DNA from: Sphyrna mokarran
Lineage: Eukaryota
Length of the DNA: 64,000 nucleotides
Assembly: GCA_024679065.1 (NCBI GenBank)
Contig: JAGIQG010000020.1
Coordinates: forward strand, 8,742,001 to 8,806,000
Direction: 5' to 3'
Below, piece after piece: positions 50,811-64,000 of this stretch (within the stretch, counting starts at the first letter, position 1; every line of letters begins with the position of its first letter). The notes below the pieces were generated by a model. The model was not told where the DNA came from. It searched no databases and was given only the letters and a program-made list of their open reading frames with translations. Position numbers and translations under genes: made by a program.

Positions 50811-53493
50811 TGATGAGTAAATGATAAACAAGCCACGAGGAACATTTTATTACCTACTGGAATGTGTTTGAGGCGCCAAAACTGTCTACTCAACACTATT
50901 CAAGTGTTGAAAATCCACAGCACCCAAAGTGAGTTAAGTTTTGGCAAAATGAAATGCTCGAGGAAACAAAACTTTTCGCATGATTTGTGTTGGTGGATTT
51001 GAGGGGTACATTTGCTGTCATGGGGAAGAATGAGTTTGAGATTGTCAGTGCATTGGCCGACGGAGAAATGAGCTGAAAATAGCAATTCTTTAAAATCAGA
51101 TTTTTGATGGCAGGTGACCCTTCACATCACACCACCTTCTCCTCTCGCCGTACGACAGGGTTAAGAAGCCATCGTACAATGTTCCATGGTCTCCTGATTT
51201 GAAAAATAAAACAAAACAGGCAAGCACTTCAAATGTTGACAACGTTTGCTTGCCACACATCTTCACCCCAAGTATCCTTGAACAATTATGAGAAATAACA
51301 CGTTAGTTATGCAGTTGAGGCGCACAGAGGAGAACGAGAAAAAAATGAACTAATTACTTCGCCTGGAGAATTAACGATAGCGGCTGCAGATGCAGTTGCG
51401 TCAGTATAAAGAATTCGAGAAGAATTCGTCGCCGAAAGAGAGCAATCAGCCCATCGCTTCCATGTCGCTTCTGTAAAGGAGACATGGAACTGGAATTTCT
51501 GCCTTGATCTTACTCCAGTGTTCGACATATTTTCCCCTTTTTTTGACAGTGATTGTTACATCCTCTTCCGTTAGCCTTTGATCCAGTTGTCTCCAGATCA
51601 TTAAGAGTTGGAACATATTTACCCACCACCGGCCCTCTTCTGTTCCTGCTCCCGGGCTATTTCAAATGTTTGCCTTCTGGTGATCAAAGTTGACGACATT
51701 TGAAGCAGCTTCTCCTGTCCTTACCCAACACCTTTAAGAACTTCTTTATCAAATCTTCTGTGCGGCACTAAGGAGAACAATTCCAGATTCTCTCGTCTTT
51801 CCATCTAACTGAGGACTTTTACCTCTGGAAACATGCTAATAAACCTTCTTGCACACTCTCCAAGGCCTTGAAATATTGTCAAGAACAGGACTCACTACTC
51901 TAGCTGGGGTCTAACAAAGATAAAAAGGTTAACATATTTACTTGCATTTGTACTGGAATTTTACTGACACTCGTGTCGCAAGAGTAAAGGGTGGGAAAGG
52001 AATATTAAACTTTCTCCAGCACTGGGAACATTTCCAAGCGGCGGTCAGGTAGAGGAATCAGGAACAGGCAATTAATGTTGTTAGGCTGAAATATATCACA
52101 GGGTATTTACTGAAAGGATTTGCCTCAGTCAGTACACTGGGAGTGAGAGGTTTAAGGCCTTGCCTCTGAGTGGAATGCAGAGAGTTGACATCTGCAGTGT
52201 GGAAAGAGGGAGAGAGAGAGACAGAGAATAGTTCAGTTAACACAACGAGACAGCAGGTGCGAGAGAAGGACACCCTCGTGGAGTGAAAGCGGAATCGGAA
52301 AACGATTCGCATGGGGCCAGGAATGCAGATTAAAGTTGACTGAAGACGGGACGCAGTTGAAATAACAGACAGGAAAAGAAGGCCTACTTCATGGAGATGT
52401 TGAATCCAATGATTGCGTCCGACTGGAAGCAAAAGTGTAAAAATCTGCAATTATTGGCAGAGCTGATGATTGGCAAGAATATAAAAACCGACAAGGAATG
52501 ATTAATAAAGTAATGAGAAAGGAGAATTTAGTGTATGAGAGAATGTTAGCTAGACATATTAAAATAATGTAAGAATTTCTACATACTTTTAAAAAGGAAA
52601 ATGCCACTAAAATAAGTGTGGTTACTCTGGAGTAGGAGTATCGGAAATTCAGAATACGGAATGAGGACATGGCAGCACAATTGATATATTTTTTGCGCCT
52701 CGCTGAAGGATACATAAATAAAATCCCAGAAATGCTTGCAGGGAAAAGGTAGAAGGGAGGGAGGGACGTAAAGCAACTACAAGCACCAGGTCAATGCTGC
52801 TGAGAAAACGATCAGAACTGAAGGTTGGCAAGTCGTTAGGACATGATGGAGCTGGGGAAGATACCCTTATGCAGAGTGGATGCAGGCGCGATGGGTCTCC
52901 CTCTGCGTTGTAGTGATTTTATAATTCCATGAGATTCGGAAATAGCATCTATTTCTCCTCTATTCAAGAAAGGAAAGAGACAGAAAAGGTGTAACTACAA
53001 GCTAATTAGACGAACATGTGTTAAAATTAAAATGCTACAATCTATTGTTAGAAGGTTGGAGCATGGCACTTGCAATTATGCAGGGCTTTACGTAATTGAA
53101 GCCATACTTTATTCATTTGTTTCATTTACTTGAGCAAATTGTTCGTGACGTGGATAAAAAGGAACCTGTCGTCTTCGATTTCCAAAACGCATTTCATTAG
53201 ATACCTCTTCAAAGATAGAGTATGAAAAGCCAAATAGGAGCCCATCATGTATGGGGTAACATTTATCATGAATTGAGGATTGGTTGGCTTACAGAAACAG
53301 AGAGGTGGGTTGATTGAACATTACGGGGAGGAGGGGGAGGGTGGGTCAAATATATCCGGTGGTATGTCGCACGGATTACATCTGGGCCGCAAGTATTTTC
53401 AACGTATAGAAATGTCATAGATGATGGGACGGGTTGATTGCAAATGTTTCTCATGACATTAATATAGGGGGAAAATAAATTGCGAGGTTAGCA

Positions 53494-54358
53494 ACAACAA
53501 CAAAGAACAAAGAACAAAGGGCAACACAGCACGGGAAACAGGCCCTTCGGCCCAACGAGCCCACGCCGCCGTCCTAACGTCTTCATGACATATCCTTGAC
53601 TTTAGGCTATGCCTATTGTTGAAGATTCCCATATAGGGACCAATATAGGGATAATTTGTTACCCAATCAGCCTAGGAGCACATTTTTGGGATGTGGGAGG
53701 AAACCGGAGCACCCAGAGGAAACCCACGCAACCACGGAGAGAACGCGCAAACTCCCGCAGACACAGGCCCCAATCCATGTGTCAGCACAGCAACAGCGAT
53801 AGCCGCTGAGCTGTCATCTTGCCCATCAGATGGTCCAGTTTAAGCATACACTGACGACGTGAAGCACTAGGCCACTCCTGAAGCAACCTCCAAGAACAGC
53901 TCGCGCACGACATGCCGCATGCATGCCTCTTGTTGGTCAACAAGGTGGACCGAATTACCTGCGGAAACAAATAAGACTTAATTAAACATGCTAAAAAAAA
54001 CTAAGACATTCCCGAGACGAAACTAAAAGATACTCTACTACTATTTGGTCCTCCAGATATTCAAACAGTCCTGCTATATCCCTCTATCTGCAGACCGCTC
54101 GTGTGGCTGTCCAAGAGACCCTTAAACAACCCTAGCGTGCCTGCTCCCACCACCTTACTGGGCAGTGCATTCCACACCCCCACTACCCTTTGTGTGAAAA
54201 ACTGGCCTCTAATATTCATCACATACATAGCCCCCCTCACCCTGAGCCCGTGACCCCTCGCTCTATCCATTTCTAATGGTGGAAAAAGCTTACCACCATT
54301 TACTCTATCTATACCCCTCACAATCTTATATACCTCTAAAAGATCCCCTCTCAGCCGC
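53494..54358 (-). mobile_element. Young CR1 subfamily A 3' fragment, probable TSD TTAGCA
   Basis: RLRGDLLEVYKIVRGIDRV...GYSRTV, nearly identical to the 5054-5509 product; TTAGCA at 53488-53493 and 54373-54378. Confidence 0.9.
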
Positions 54359-56035
54359 ATAGATACATAGATTTAGCATAAATAGATTTAGATAGGCTAC
54401 GTGAGTGGTAAAAAGGAACAGGTGAAGTACAATGTAGTAAAATGCGAATTCTCACACTTGGGCAGGAAGAATGGAAAGCAGCATATGATTCCCTCGGAGA
54501 TGAGAGTGCAAAGATCTGCAACACTGGGGATCTGGGTGCCCTGGAATGTGATTCACAAAACTTTAGCATGAAGCTGTAAGTGATTAGGAAAGCAAATGCA
54601 ATGTTGTCACCTATTGCAAGTGAGATGAAATATAAAAGTAGGGAAGATTCCCTACAAACTTGTCGTGCTGTATTGAGAGCACATCTGAAGTATTTTCCTA
54701 TTGGCCGCGTACCTCGGAACGGGTACAATAGCACCAGAAATAGTTCGTAAAAAGGTGCCCCCATCAGATGAAAGGGATATCATATAGGGAAAGATTGGTC
54801 AAGTTGGAGCTATAGCCATTAGAGTTTAGAAGAATTAGAGATGATCCTGCTGGAACATCTACTATCCTCAGAGGAACTGAGATGGTGAATGCAGAGGAAA
54901 TCCTCTCTTCTAAAGAGACTAGGAGAAAGGGATATCAATTAAAATAAGTTTTTCAATTGAGATGTAGATAAAGAGAATTTCATTCTCTGTGAGAGCCATT
55001 AGTCGGTGGAACTCTCTTTACCAGGAATAAAACCCATCGTGAATGATGGCGGATAATTAAGCAACTCACTGGAGGAGAAGACATCACAAATGTCCCCACC
55101 CTCAACGATCAGTGAAAAAGATAAGGCTTAAAACCTTCACAAGAATCTTTTGTCATGTATGCCAAATGGATGATCCATCTTCGCCTTTTCCGTAAATAGT
55201 CAGCATTACGGATGTCAAGCTTCAGCCAATTCAATTCGCTTAACTTGATATCAAGAATTGGCCGAACGCCTTGAATACTACAAAGGCTTTGGGCACTAAC
55301 AATATTCTGTCGACAGTCCTGACGACTTGTGCTCCAAACCATGCGGCCCCGCCAGTCATTTACAATACTTACATCTACTGGGCATTGCAGAAAATTACGC
55401 AGTTACGTTCTCTACGCAAAAAGAAGGGCAATTCCACTTTATTGATTAGCCATCAGGCCACTCCAAATCATCAGAAAATTGATGGAAATGGTCATTAACA
55501 GCGCAATCAAACTGCAGGAACTTAGCTGGAACCTATTCACCACACATACGTTGGATTCCGCTACTCACTCAGTACCTGAATTCATTACAGCCTTGGGTCA
55601 AACATGGACGAGAGTAGTTGAATGTCCGATTGAAGTGACTGCCCTTGACGTCAGGGCAGCACGGATTGAATTAAGGAGCCCGCACAATGCTGGAGTCAAT
55701 TAGAATCAGAGGGAAAACTCTTCGCTGGTTGGAGTCATACCAAGCACAGAGGAAGAGTATTGCGGTGTTGGAGTTCAATCATCTAATTTGCAAACTTCAC
55801 TGCAGGAGTTTCTCAAGATTGTGTCCGAGGTCCAACCATCCTCCTCTGCTGGGATGACTTTCCTTGCATTATAATGTCAGCAGTGGGGACGATCACACAG
55901 TCTACAGGACCATTCCCGCATCATCAGAGACTTTCCACATGTAGCAAGTCCAGGACAATATCCAAGCTTGGGTTGACAAGTGGCAGGTAACCTTCGTGGA
56001 AAAGTAGCGCCAGGAAATAATCACCTACAACAACA

Positions 56036-56792
56036 GGTATACAAGATTATGAGGAGTATAGATAGAGTAAACAGAGTTAAGCTTTTTCCTAAGTTGGACT
56101 CAAATAGCACGAGAGGTCACGGGCTTAGGGTGAGGGGTGGGGGTAAGATATAATTTGGATGCTCGAGGGAGTTTTTTCACACAGAGGGTGGTGGGGTATG
56201 GAACGCGCTGCCAAACAAAGTGGTGGAGGCAGATACTCTGGAGTTATTTAAGAGATACTTAGATAGGCACATGAACAGAATGGGATTGAAGGGTATAGAA
56301 AACTGATTTAAAATAAGGATCATGAGCCTTGGGAGTTCCCCGGGAAGTGTGTAAATTGTCGATGATATTGATGCATTTGTTTTACTCTACAGGTACTTCG
56401 GTCCGCTTTGTTGTCATACACGCAATGGGTCGTGAGAGGGCTGCTCTTGGATTTTTCGAGAGTATCCTAGTGCTTCACGTCATTAGTGCATGCTTGACCT
56501 GGACTTTGATGGGCAACACGACAGTTCAGTGACTATCGCTGTGCTGTGCAGATACATGGATTTAAGCCTGTGTCTGTGGGAGTTTGCGCATTCTCCCCGT
56601 GCTTGCGTGGGTTTTCTCCAGGTGTTCCGATTTCCTCCCACATCCTAAAGATGTGCTCTTAGGCTGACTGGCAGAACAAATTCTCCCTAATTTGTCTCAA
56701 ATTTGTTTTCAATGCATAGATCTATAAACATAGACGGGGATCACGGGTAGAAGTCGCGGGCTCGTTGGGCAGAAGGTCCTGTTTCCCGTGCT
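56036..56792 (+). mobile_element. CR1 subfamily B 3' fragment (duplicate of 33981-34742)
   Basis: Same boundaries and flanks as the 33981 copy. Confidence 0.88.
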
Positions 56793-59700
56793 AACAGGGA
56801 ATCTAACCGTTGTTCCTTGACATACAATGGTATTGCCATCGCTGTCGATATCCTAAGGTGACCATTGACAAGAAACTGAACTGATCCTGACGTTTAAGAT
56901 GGCTACAAAAACAGGTCAGAGGCTATGAATCCTGTGACAAGTATCTCATTTCCTGATTCGCCAAACCTGTCCACCATCTGCGAGTCAGAAGTGAGGAATG
57001 CGATAGAATATTTGCACTCGCCAGAAGCTTCTATAACTTTCAAGCAGATTAGACCATCCATGACAAAATTTGACTGGCACCTATTCCACAAACTCCCTCC
57101 GCGACGATGAACAGTGGCAGCAGTGTGTACCATTTGCAAGATGCACTGCAAAATCCCAGAGGAGCTCCATTGGCAGCATCTTACAAAATTACATCGCTAC
57201 CGTCCAGGAGGACAAAGGAAGCAGACACATGGGAATTCACCATCATTTTAACGCTTCCCTCCAAGTTATTCGCAATCTGACATGGGGATATATTGCTTAC
57301 TTAGACCACAGGGACTGCGCTGATTCAAACAAAGCAATTCACCACCATCATCACGAGGGCAACTGCGGTGAAGAAAAAATGCTGGTCTACTCAGCATGTT
57401 CACATCACGTTAAAAAAGATGCAGAATTCGATTGAAAAGGGACCCAAAGAATATAGGAGTAGACAGGAATTAGGGGTCGAGCCAAGACCACATCAGCAAC
57501 GATCTTAGGCCTAATCCTCCTTCCAATTCATACAATCGTATAATTCGTATTGCGCCTTTCTTGCCCATTTTTATCTTGCCAAATTTCTGAAACTTCGAAT
57601 CCACTAATGTGGCACTGGCAGTATTATCTTTAGTGAATGAACCAGGAAAGGAATTGAGAGTAACACATTTCGTAACATTGGTTTCTTACTGCTTCTAATC
57701 ATTCGAATTTTCTAATATTATGGACAGTCACCACTAAAAAGGCGAACACATTATACATCGAAGTTAATTGACAATACCTAACGAGAATATTCTGAAAATG
57801 ACTTCCATGTCTGAATCCCTATTTATCAAGTATCTACGTATTAGGCCAGGAATTGATATTTTGAGATAATTTTCGCCGCCTAGACACTCCATGTAACAAC
57901 ACGGTCCCTGGTATATCAATTGCAATATTGCCATCTGCTGGTTCAGCCGTAAAACGTGCAGAGATTCATTGGGATTCAGTTTGGACATCTTTCATCTATT
58001 GTATATAGTCCAATAGCAAGCAGGGGGAATGAAATGATAATTATAACATGAAATTCAGGATAAATTCAGGAACTCTGATCGCACTTGTGAAGAGAGAAAC
58101 ACAAGTTCAGTATAAGGGTTATTTGCACTGCTGTGTTTGGTGAAAGTGTTCAGTCTCTAGTGAATAAAGTGTAAATCCCATCAGTACCTTTATCATGCAT
58201 TTCAAACGTTTCGAAAACAGGTGCAGGCGCAGCCTCAAACAAGGCAATAGGAACTAACAGTGTAAAGAATACCGGACGCTGTAGATTGACCACTAATTGC
58301 CGGATTAGTATTGCAGAGTCCTGGGAAAAGCAATGATTCTGAATCTCTTCATGGAATCTGGCAATAAATCTTGAACATAAGTAATTATAATCATGTTAAC
58401 AAAAAACTCTGAATTGCTGAAAGAAACGTTCGCTTCATTAACATCATTCCGGCAGGAAGTCCTTAATGAGTACATTCGTGACTTCACGTTTTCGGTCCCG
58501 AAAAAGATACAGAAGCCCGAGGCCAGGTACCAACCAAGTTAAGAACAGCTTCTTCCCTGCTGCTCTTAAATTTTGAATGGATCTATATCGCATTAAGTTA
58601 ATGTTTCTCTGCACCCTAGCCATGACTGTAACAACACGTTCGACACTCTTGCCTTTTCTTCTCTATGAATGGCATGCTTTATCGGTATAGCATGTAAGAT
58701 ACAATACCTGTCACCGTATGCTAATATATAAAACAAGAACACATCACATCAAATCAAACCAAAAGTATTTGTGCCATTAGGAAAACGTGTACAATACATG
58801 ACCAGCCACGTTAATAAGACGCTGTTAGCAGTTCTCTGGAGAATGGACCTTCTGGTCCGATTGGTTTACGTGTTACAGAAAGAGCCGTTCACCTGAAATA
58901 ATTCGAAAAATAACAGCAAAGTAAGGACAAAGCGGCAGTAGCGCAACTTTTGTTTTCAATTCCGGAAGTAGTTTCAGATGAGAATTCGAGCTCAGGAGTG
59001 AAGTAGTTTGGTGGAGGGAGAGGAAAACATCAGAGCGTATGTAAAGCCTAGCAGAAAGCAAGAACACAACTGATGCCATGCTGAAAGCACACCATTATTT
59101 ATATATATTATAAAGAGTCGAGGCCACAGCACTGATCATGTAGCATATCACTCCTTACATCTTGCCAATCACAAAATTGTCCTTTTTGCCTACTCTCCGT
59201 TTCCTGTTCGCTCGCAAATTTTCTGTCAATGACCCCAGACGATAAACTCTCATTTTCCGCAATACTCTTTGCTGTCACATCTTATTAAATACTTACTGGA
59301 AAATACATTACATCCACCTGCTCTCCTTCATCCACAGCGTGTTTTTCTTTAAATCACTCCCGTAAATTGATTGAACATGACTTCTCTTTGACAAAACTGT
59401 GTTGGCGCTATCTGATTACCGTGAATTTACTAATGTGCCCTGCTATCAAACCTTAATAACCGCTAAATATATTTTCCTTATATGTCACATGTTCAGCTAA
59501 CTTGCGTTGTACAGCTGAAGTGTTTCTGCTTTAGGTCTCTTTTTCCTATTGCATTAAACTGATACATCTGCTGTTTTCCAATCTAATGGACGCTTCCCAG
59601 AAACTGGGGAACATTAAAACCAACCCATCAATTATCTCATTTGTCACTTCTTTTAAGACTTTCAGGTAAAATCCAGCAAGACCTGAGGACTTATCAACCG

Positions 59701-60293
59701 ACATCTTCAACAACTTTCTGAGTGTTATTTCCCTGACGATTCTAATTTTCCTGAGTCCTTCTCTTCTATTTCCTGCCCTACTGCTATTTCTGTGATACTA
59801 TTTGTAGTATTTGTCATACAAATAGTATCATAGTTCTCTCCAATGAAAACGAAAGCAAAATATCTGTTCTCTTCATCTGCAATCTTTGTTTGCTACAAAT
59901 TCTCCAGACTCAATTTTTATCGTCTGTCGCCCACACTTGCAACTTTTTTATTTGATCGTTAAACTTTACAATTTGAAATTGATGTTTAGTGTCATAAGTA
60001 GTAACACTGCTATAAAATTACTCTGAAATCCCCAGTCGCTGCAGTTCGGCAGCTGTTTGGATACACTGAGGGAGAATTAGCAACACTAAGCACTATGCCA
60101 AAGGCAAGAAATAATTGAAAGAAACTCTGGGAAACAAATGAACGGGTCTGGAAACATCTGTGGAAACGGAAACAGAGTGAAAATTGCGCTTCCAAAAGTG
60201 CCAGCTGAAAATATGTACAATGAGTTTCGTTCACTTGAACTTCACTGAAAAAGTACAGTAAATCACTCCAATTATACCCTCAAGATGAAAATT

Positions 60294-60845
60294 GGATAGG
60301 TTCATGAAACCGATGACTGCATGAAATGTTGCTCGTGCACCGGGGTGTGGTTACTTGGACAGCTCTTTCAAAGAGTATACTGGGTCAAAGATATTTTTGT
60401 GTTGTATTCTTCTGTGAAATGGTTGGGAACTGAGTTCAATATAGCCATTTGTTATGATCAGGTTTAAATTCGTTTAAATTATGATGAAGCAGATTCACAA
60501 GTTTCTTCTAAAAGTCAATAGAAACTAAATACGATTGAAAGATTGTGGCGAGAGAATGTCTTGGATTAACTGGCCATCATCACTTCTCTTTGCTTCTGTC
60601 CAAAACAATTGTCCACTGATCCTGAGTCTAAGACCCCATGTTCTGGATTTCACAAGCAGGGCAAACATCCGCCTGATCTTTTCCGTTTCAAGGGCAGGGT
60701 CTTTCCGATAGTCGGTTTCTCTGTCCATCAACTCAATTCCCCGCTCTTCTTTGACCCAGTGTACGCTTTGAAAGAGCTGTTCAAGTAATCACACTCCAGT
60801 GCACGATTAACATTTCATGCAGACATCGGTTTCATGAATCTATCC
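60294..60845. repeat. 98-bp inverted repeat (arms 60294-60391 and 60748-60845)
   Basis: Duplicate of the 38237-38788 structure. Confidence 0.9.
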
Positions 60846-62329
60846 TCCTCAGTCATTGGACAAATGGTGGGGGAAAACATAAGCCAAAAGGAAGACATGC
60901 ACATACTTCTGCGGAGGAGGTACCGCGTTAGAGGACTGACGGCCAACCGTTAGTGCAGCAACTTGTAGGTTCGAGCGATGGCCACAGTTGGCCACCGCTC
61001 GACACCAGCACTGAGCTCCCTTGTTGCATTATCTTGACCCAGCCAGAGGAGTTATTGTAGTACCGACAGGATGAAGCACTTGACTGATTCTTAATTGGTC
61101 ACTTACGGGCATCAATGGGCTTAAATGTGCGCTCACCGCTCAGAGAATTTGTTCTTCCCAATAGTTGGAGGAGATTTCTAATCATCACAGTAGAATTGTT
61201 CAGTGAGACAATGGTGAGATAGAACTTCGTGCTTTCAGAGTGCCTAAAAAACCTAATATACTTTCAGATGATGCCTACAAGGGGGAGCACGTGGATGGGC
61301 AAAAGAATGGGAGCCAGGGACGTATTGTCGAATTGCTGGAATGTGAGCAGGAACAGTAACCATTGCAGACAAACTTGTAGACATTATTTGATAAAGAATA
61401 ATGGAACCTGATCACGAGAATAGGCACAAGCAACTGATTAATGATGGAGAATTGTTGGTTTATGTGTAGAATCGCGTCAAAGACCGACGCCAGCCCGAAA
61501 AGTATGAGCATAGTGGTTAGCACGGCTGTTCCACACCGCCAAGAACCCTGTTTCGATTCCCGCCTTGAGTCACATTGTGTTCACATACTGCACGTTCTTC
61601 CCGTGTCTGCGTCGGTTTCCTCCGGATGCTCCTGTTGCTTCCCATAGTTCGAAAGATGTGCCATGCAAAATTCTCACAGGCGCCGGGGTGTGGCAAATAG
61701 GAAGTTTTCACAGTAACTTCATTGCAGGAATTGCTGTTTGGATTACAACTGATAGTTGTAAGTTTATTGTGACAATAACAAAGGAATTGTAAGCATCTTT
61801 TAAAAACACAGTAGTACTTTGCTCTCGTTACTTTGAATAGAATGTAACTTTGATAAAGGTCATATCAGTAATGTGGCAGGAGTAGAAGCAGAGTGATTGT
61901 GGGGATTCAATGCTGAGTTGTTGAAACGATAATATGGATCTGGGATTAGTAATATCTTCAAGTAGTTTAGAGAAGGAATGTCAACAGAAGATCGGCAGTA
62001 GTTTACAAGGAAAGAGGAACAAGGCTGTTTTCAAAGAGAGGTTTGATAGTAATCGATGTGGAAGAAAGAACACTGTCTGAGGAGAGATAGCAGTTCATGA
62101 TATCAGCGAAACTGGGGTAAAACAAAGAAAGTTAGATGGTCAGTAATTTATTGGAAACATGGTCCACATGGGTCTAATACAGAAAATGAATTATGGAAGG
62201 CAATGAGGGAATATATGAAAAAAACATTCAAGTCAACTATGATGCATGCGAAGTAGTGTTCCGTCATTTCACTCCGATATAACTTCATTCTAAGGAAAGT
62301 GTACGCTCTATTTTTTCTGGATTCTGATA

Positions 62330-64000
62330 TTAGAACAAAGAACACAGAAAATTACAGCGCAGGAACAGGCCTTGGGCCCTCCAAGCCTGTACCGATCATG
62401 CTACCTCATAACTAAAACCCTCTACCCATTCAGGGACCATATCCCTCTAATTCCATTCTATCCATCTGTCTGTCAAGGCGTTCTTTTAAAGTCACCATCG
62501 CATGGGTTTCCACTACCTCCCCAGCAATGAGTTCCAGGCACCCATCACCCTCTGTGTGAAAATTCTGCCTCGTAGGTCTCCCTTAAACCTTGCCCCTGGC
62601 ATCTTAAACATATGTCCCCTAGTAATTGACCCTTCTACCTGGGAAAAGGCATCTGACTATCCGCTCTGTCGAAGCCTCTCATAATGTTGTAGAATTCTAT
62701 CAGGTCACAACTCCACCTCCTTCGTTCCAGTAAGAACAAAACAAGTTTCTCCAAGCTCTCATCATAGCTGATGCCCTCCATACCAGACAACATACTGAAA
62801 AATTTTTTTCTGTACGCTTTCCAAAGCCCCCGCACCCTTCTCGTAGTGTGGCGACCACAATTAAACACTATATTTCAAATGTGGCCTAAATAAGGTTCGA
62901 CAAAAATGTGGCTTGTCCATTTTTAAACCGAATGCACCTCCCGCTGAAGGCAAGAATGCCGTTTGCCTTCTTGACTACCTTCTCCTCCTGCATTGCCACT
63001 TTCATTGACCAGTGTACCGGTACCCCTAAACCTAACCCTTTGCCTATCAATAATCTTAAGGGTTCTGCCATTTACTATTTCTTTTCTATTGTATTAGACC
63101 TTCCAAATGCATTACCTCATATTTGTCGGATTAAACTCCACCTTCCAATTGACCAAAGTCCTGCAGTATCCTCCGATGGTCCTCATTGCTGTCTGAAAAT
63201 CCAGCAACTTTTATATCATCTGCAAACTTACTAATTAATCCCACTACATTGTCCTCCAAATCATTGATAAAAATATTAGAAACGACAACGGTCTCAGCAC
63301 TGATCTCTGAGGAACACCACTTGTCACAGTCCTCCTTTCAGAAACGTACCTTTACATTGCTACCCTGTCTCTTCTTTGACTAAGCTGGTTTTGTATCCAT
63401 CTTGCCAGCTCATCTCTGACCCCATGCGACTTCACCTTCTGCATTAGCCTGAAATGAGGACCTTGTCAACGGCCTTACTTATGTCCATGTAGACAACATC
63501 CACTGCCCTACCCTCATCAATCATCTTCGCCACTTCTTCGAAAAACTGGATCAAGTTAGTGAGACACAAACTTCCCTTCACAAACCATGTTGTCTCTCAC
63601 TAATATGTCCACTTATTTCCAAGTAGAATAAATCCTGTCTCAAAAATTCCTCTTCAAAAATAGCCCTGCCAATAATGTTAAGCTCACCAGCCTGTAATTT
63701 GGATTATTCTTGTTAACCTTGTTAAACAAAGGAACAACAATGACCATTCTCCAGTCCTCTGAGACCTCCCCTGTAGTCAGTGAAGATACAAAGATATCTC
63801 TCAGAGCCCCAGCAATTTTCTCCCTTGCCTTTCTCAGTACTCTGGAGTACATCCCATCAGTCTCTGGGGACTTGTTTACCTTAATATTTCTCAAGAACCC
63901 AATACTTCCTGCATTTTGATCTCAACATGACCCAAAGTAACTACACACCCTTTCCCATACTCATCATCCACGATGTCCTTTTCTTTGTTAAATACTACCG
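62330..64000 (-). mobile_element. Decayed CR1 LINE (duplicate of 40362-42630), runs off the window
   Basis: KSPETDGMYSRVLRKAREKIAGAL..DWRMVIVVPLFNK. Confidence 0.88.

Larger units (their letters stand above)
49936..64000 (+). repeat. Recent segmental duplication, copy B (runs off the window end)
   Basis: Colinear with 29450-42020; carries ~1.5 kb (53372-54920) that copy A lacks. Confidence 0.92.

Overview
Eukaryotic DNA from a cartilaginous fish (shark-like repeats and immunoglobulin sequence). The window is part of a head-to-tail tandem array of immunoglobulin light-chain clusters of the chondrichthyan lambda class (type II / NS3). Three complete, apparently intact genes lie on the minus strand: 14127->9048, 29651->25304 and 50119->45057. 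Each has an octamer promoter, a 49-nt leader exon, one germline-joined VJ exon with no RSS, a 3.5-4.2 kb J-C intron, a 323-nt C exon and AATAAA. The repeat unit is about 16-22 kb, and both window ends fall inside further copies of it. The spacers are mostly decayed and younger CR1-clade LINEs and tRNA-derived V-core SINEs. Main leads: (1) a repeated cis-regulatory layout of intronic octamer/E-box, 3' NF-kB block and one CTCF-type motif between neighbouring clusters; (2) a sharp identity break at the VJ exon suggesting cluster 2 is a recombinant gene; (3) a Cys-X6-Cys pair in the germline CDR3 of cluster 1; (4) a CR1 family whose 3' UTR carries a multi-stem RNA element and a captured SINE; (5) several fold-back templated insertions. 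Identities are by-eye estimates and repeat boundaries are approximate.
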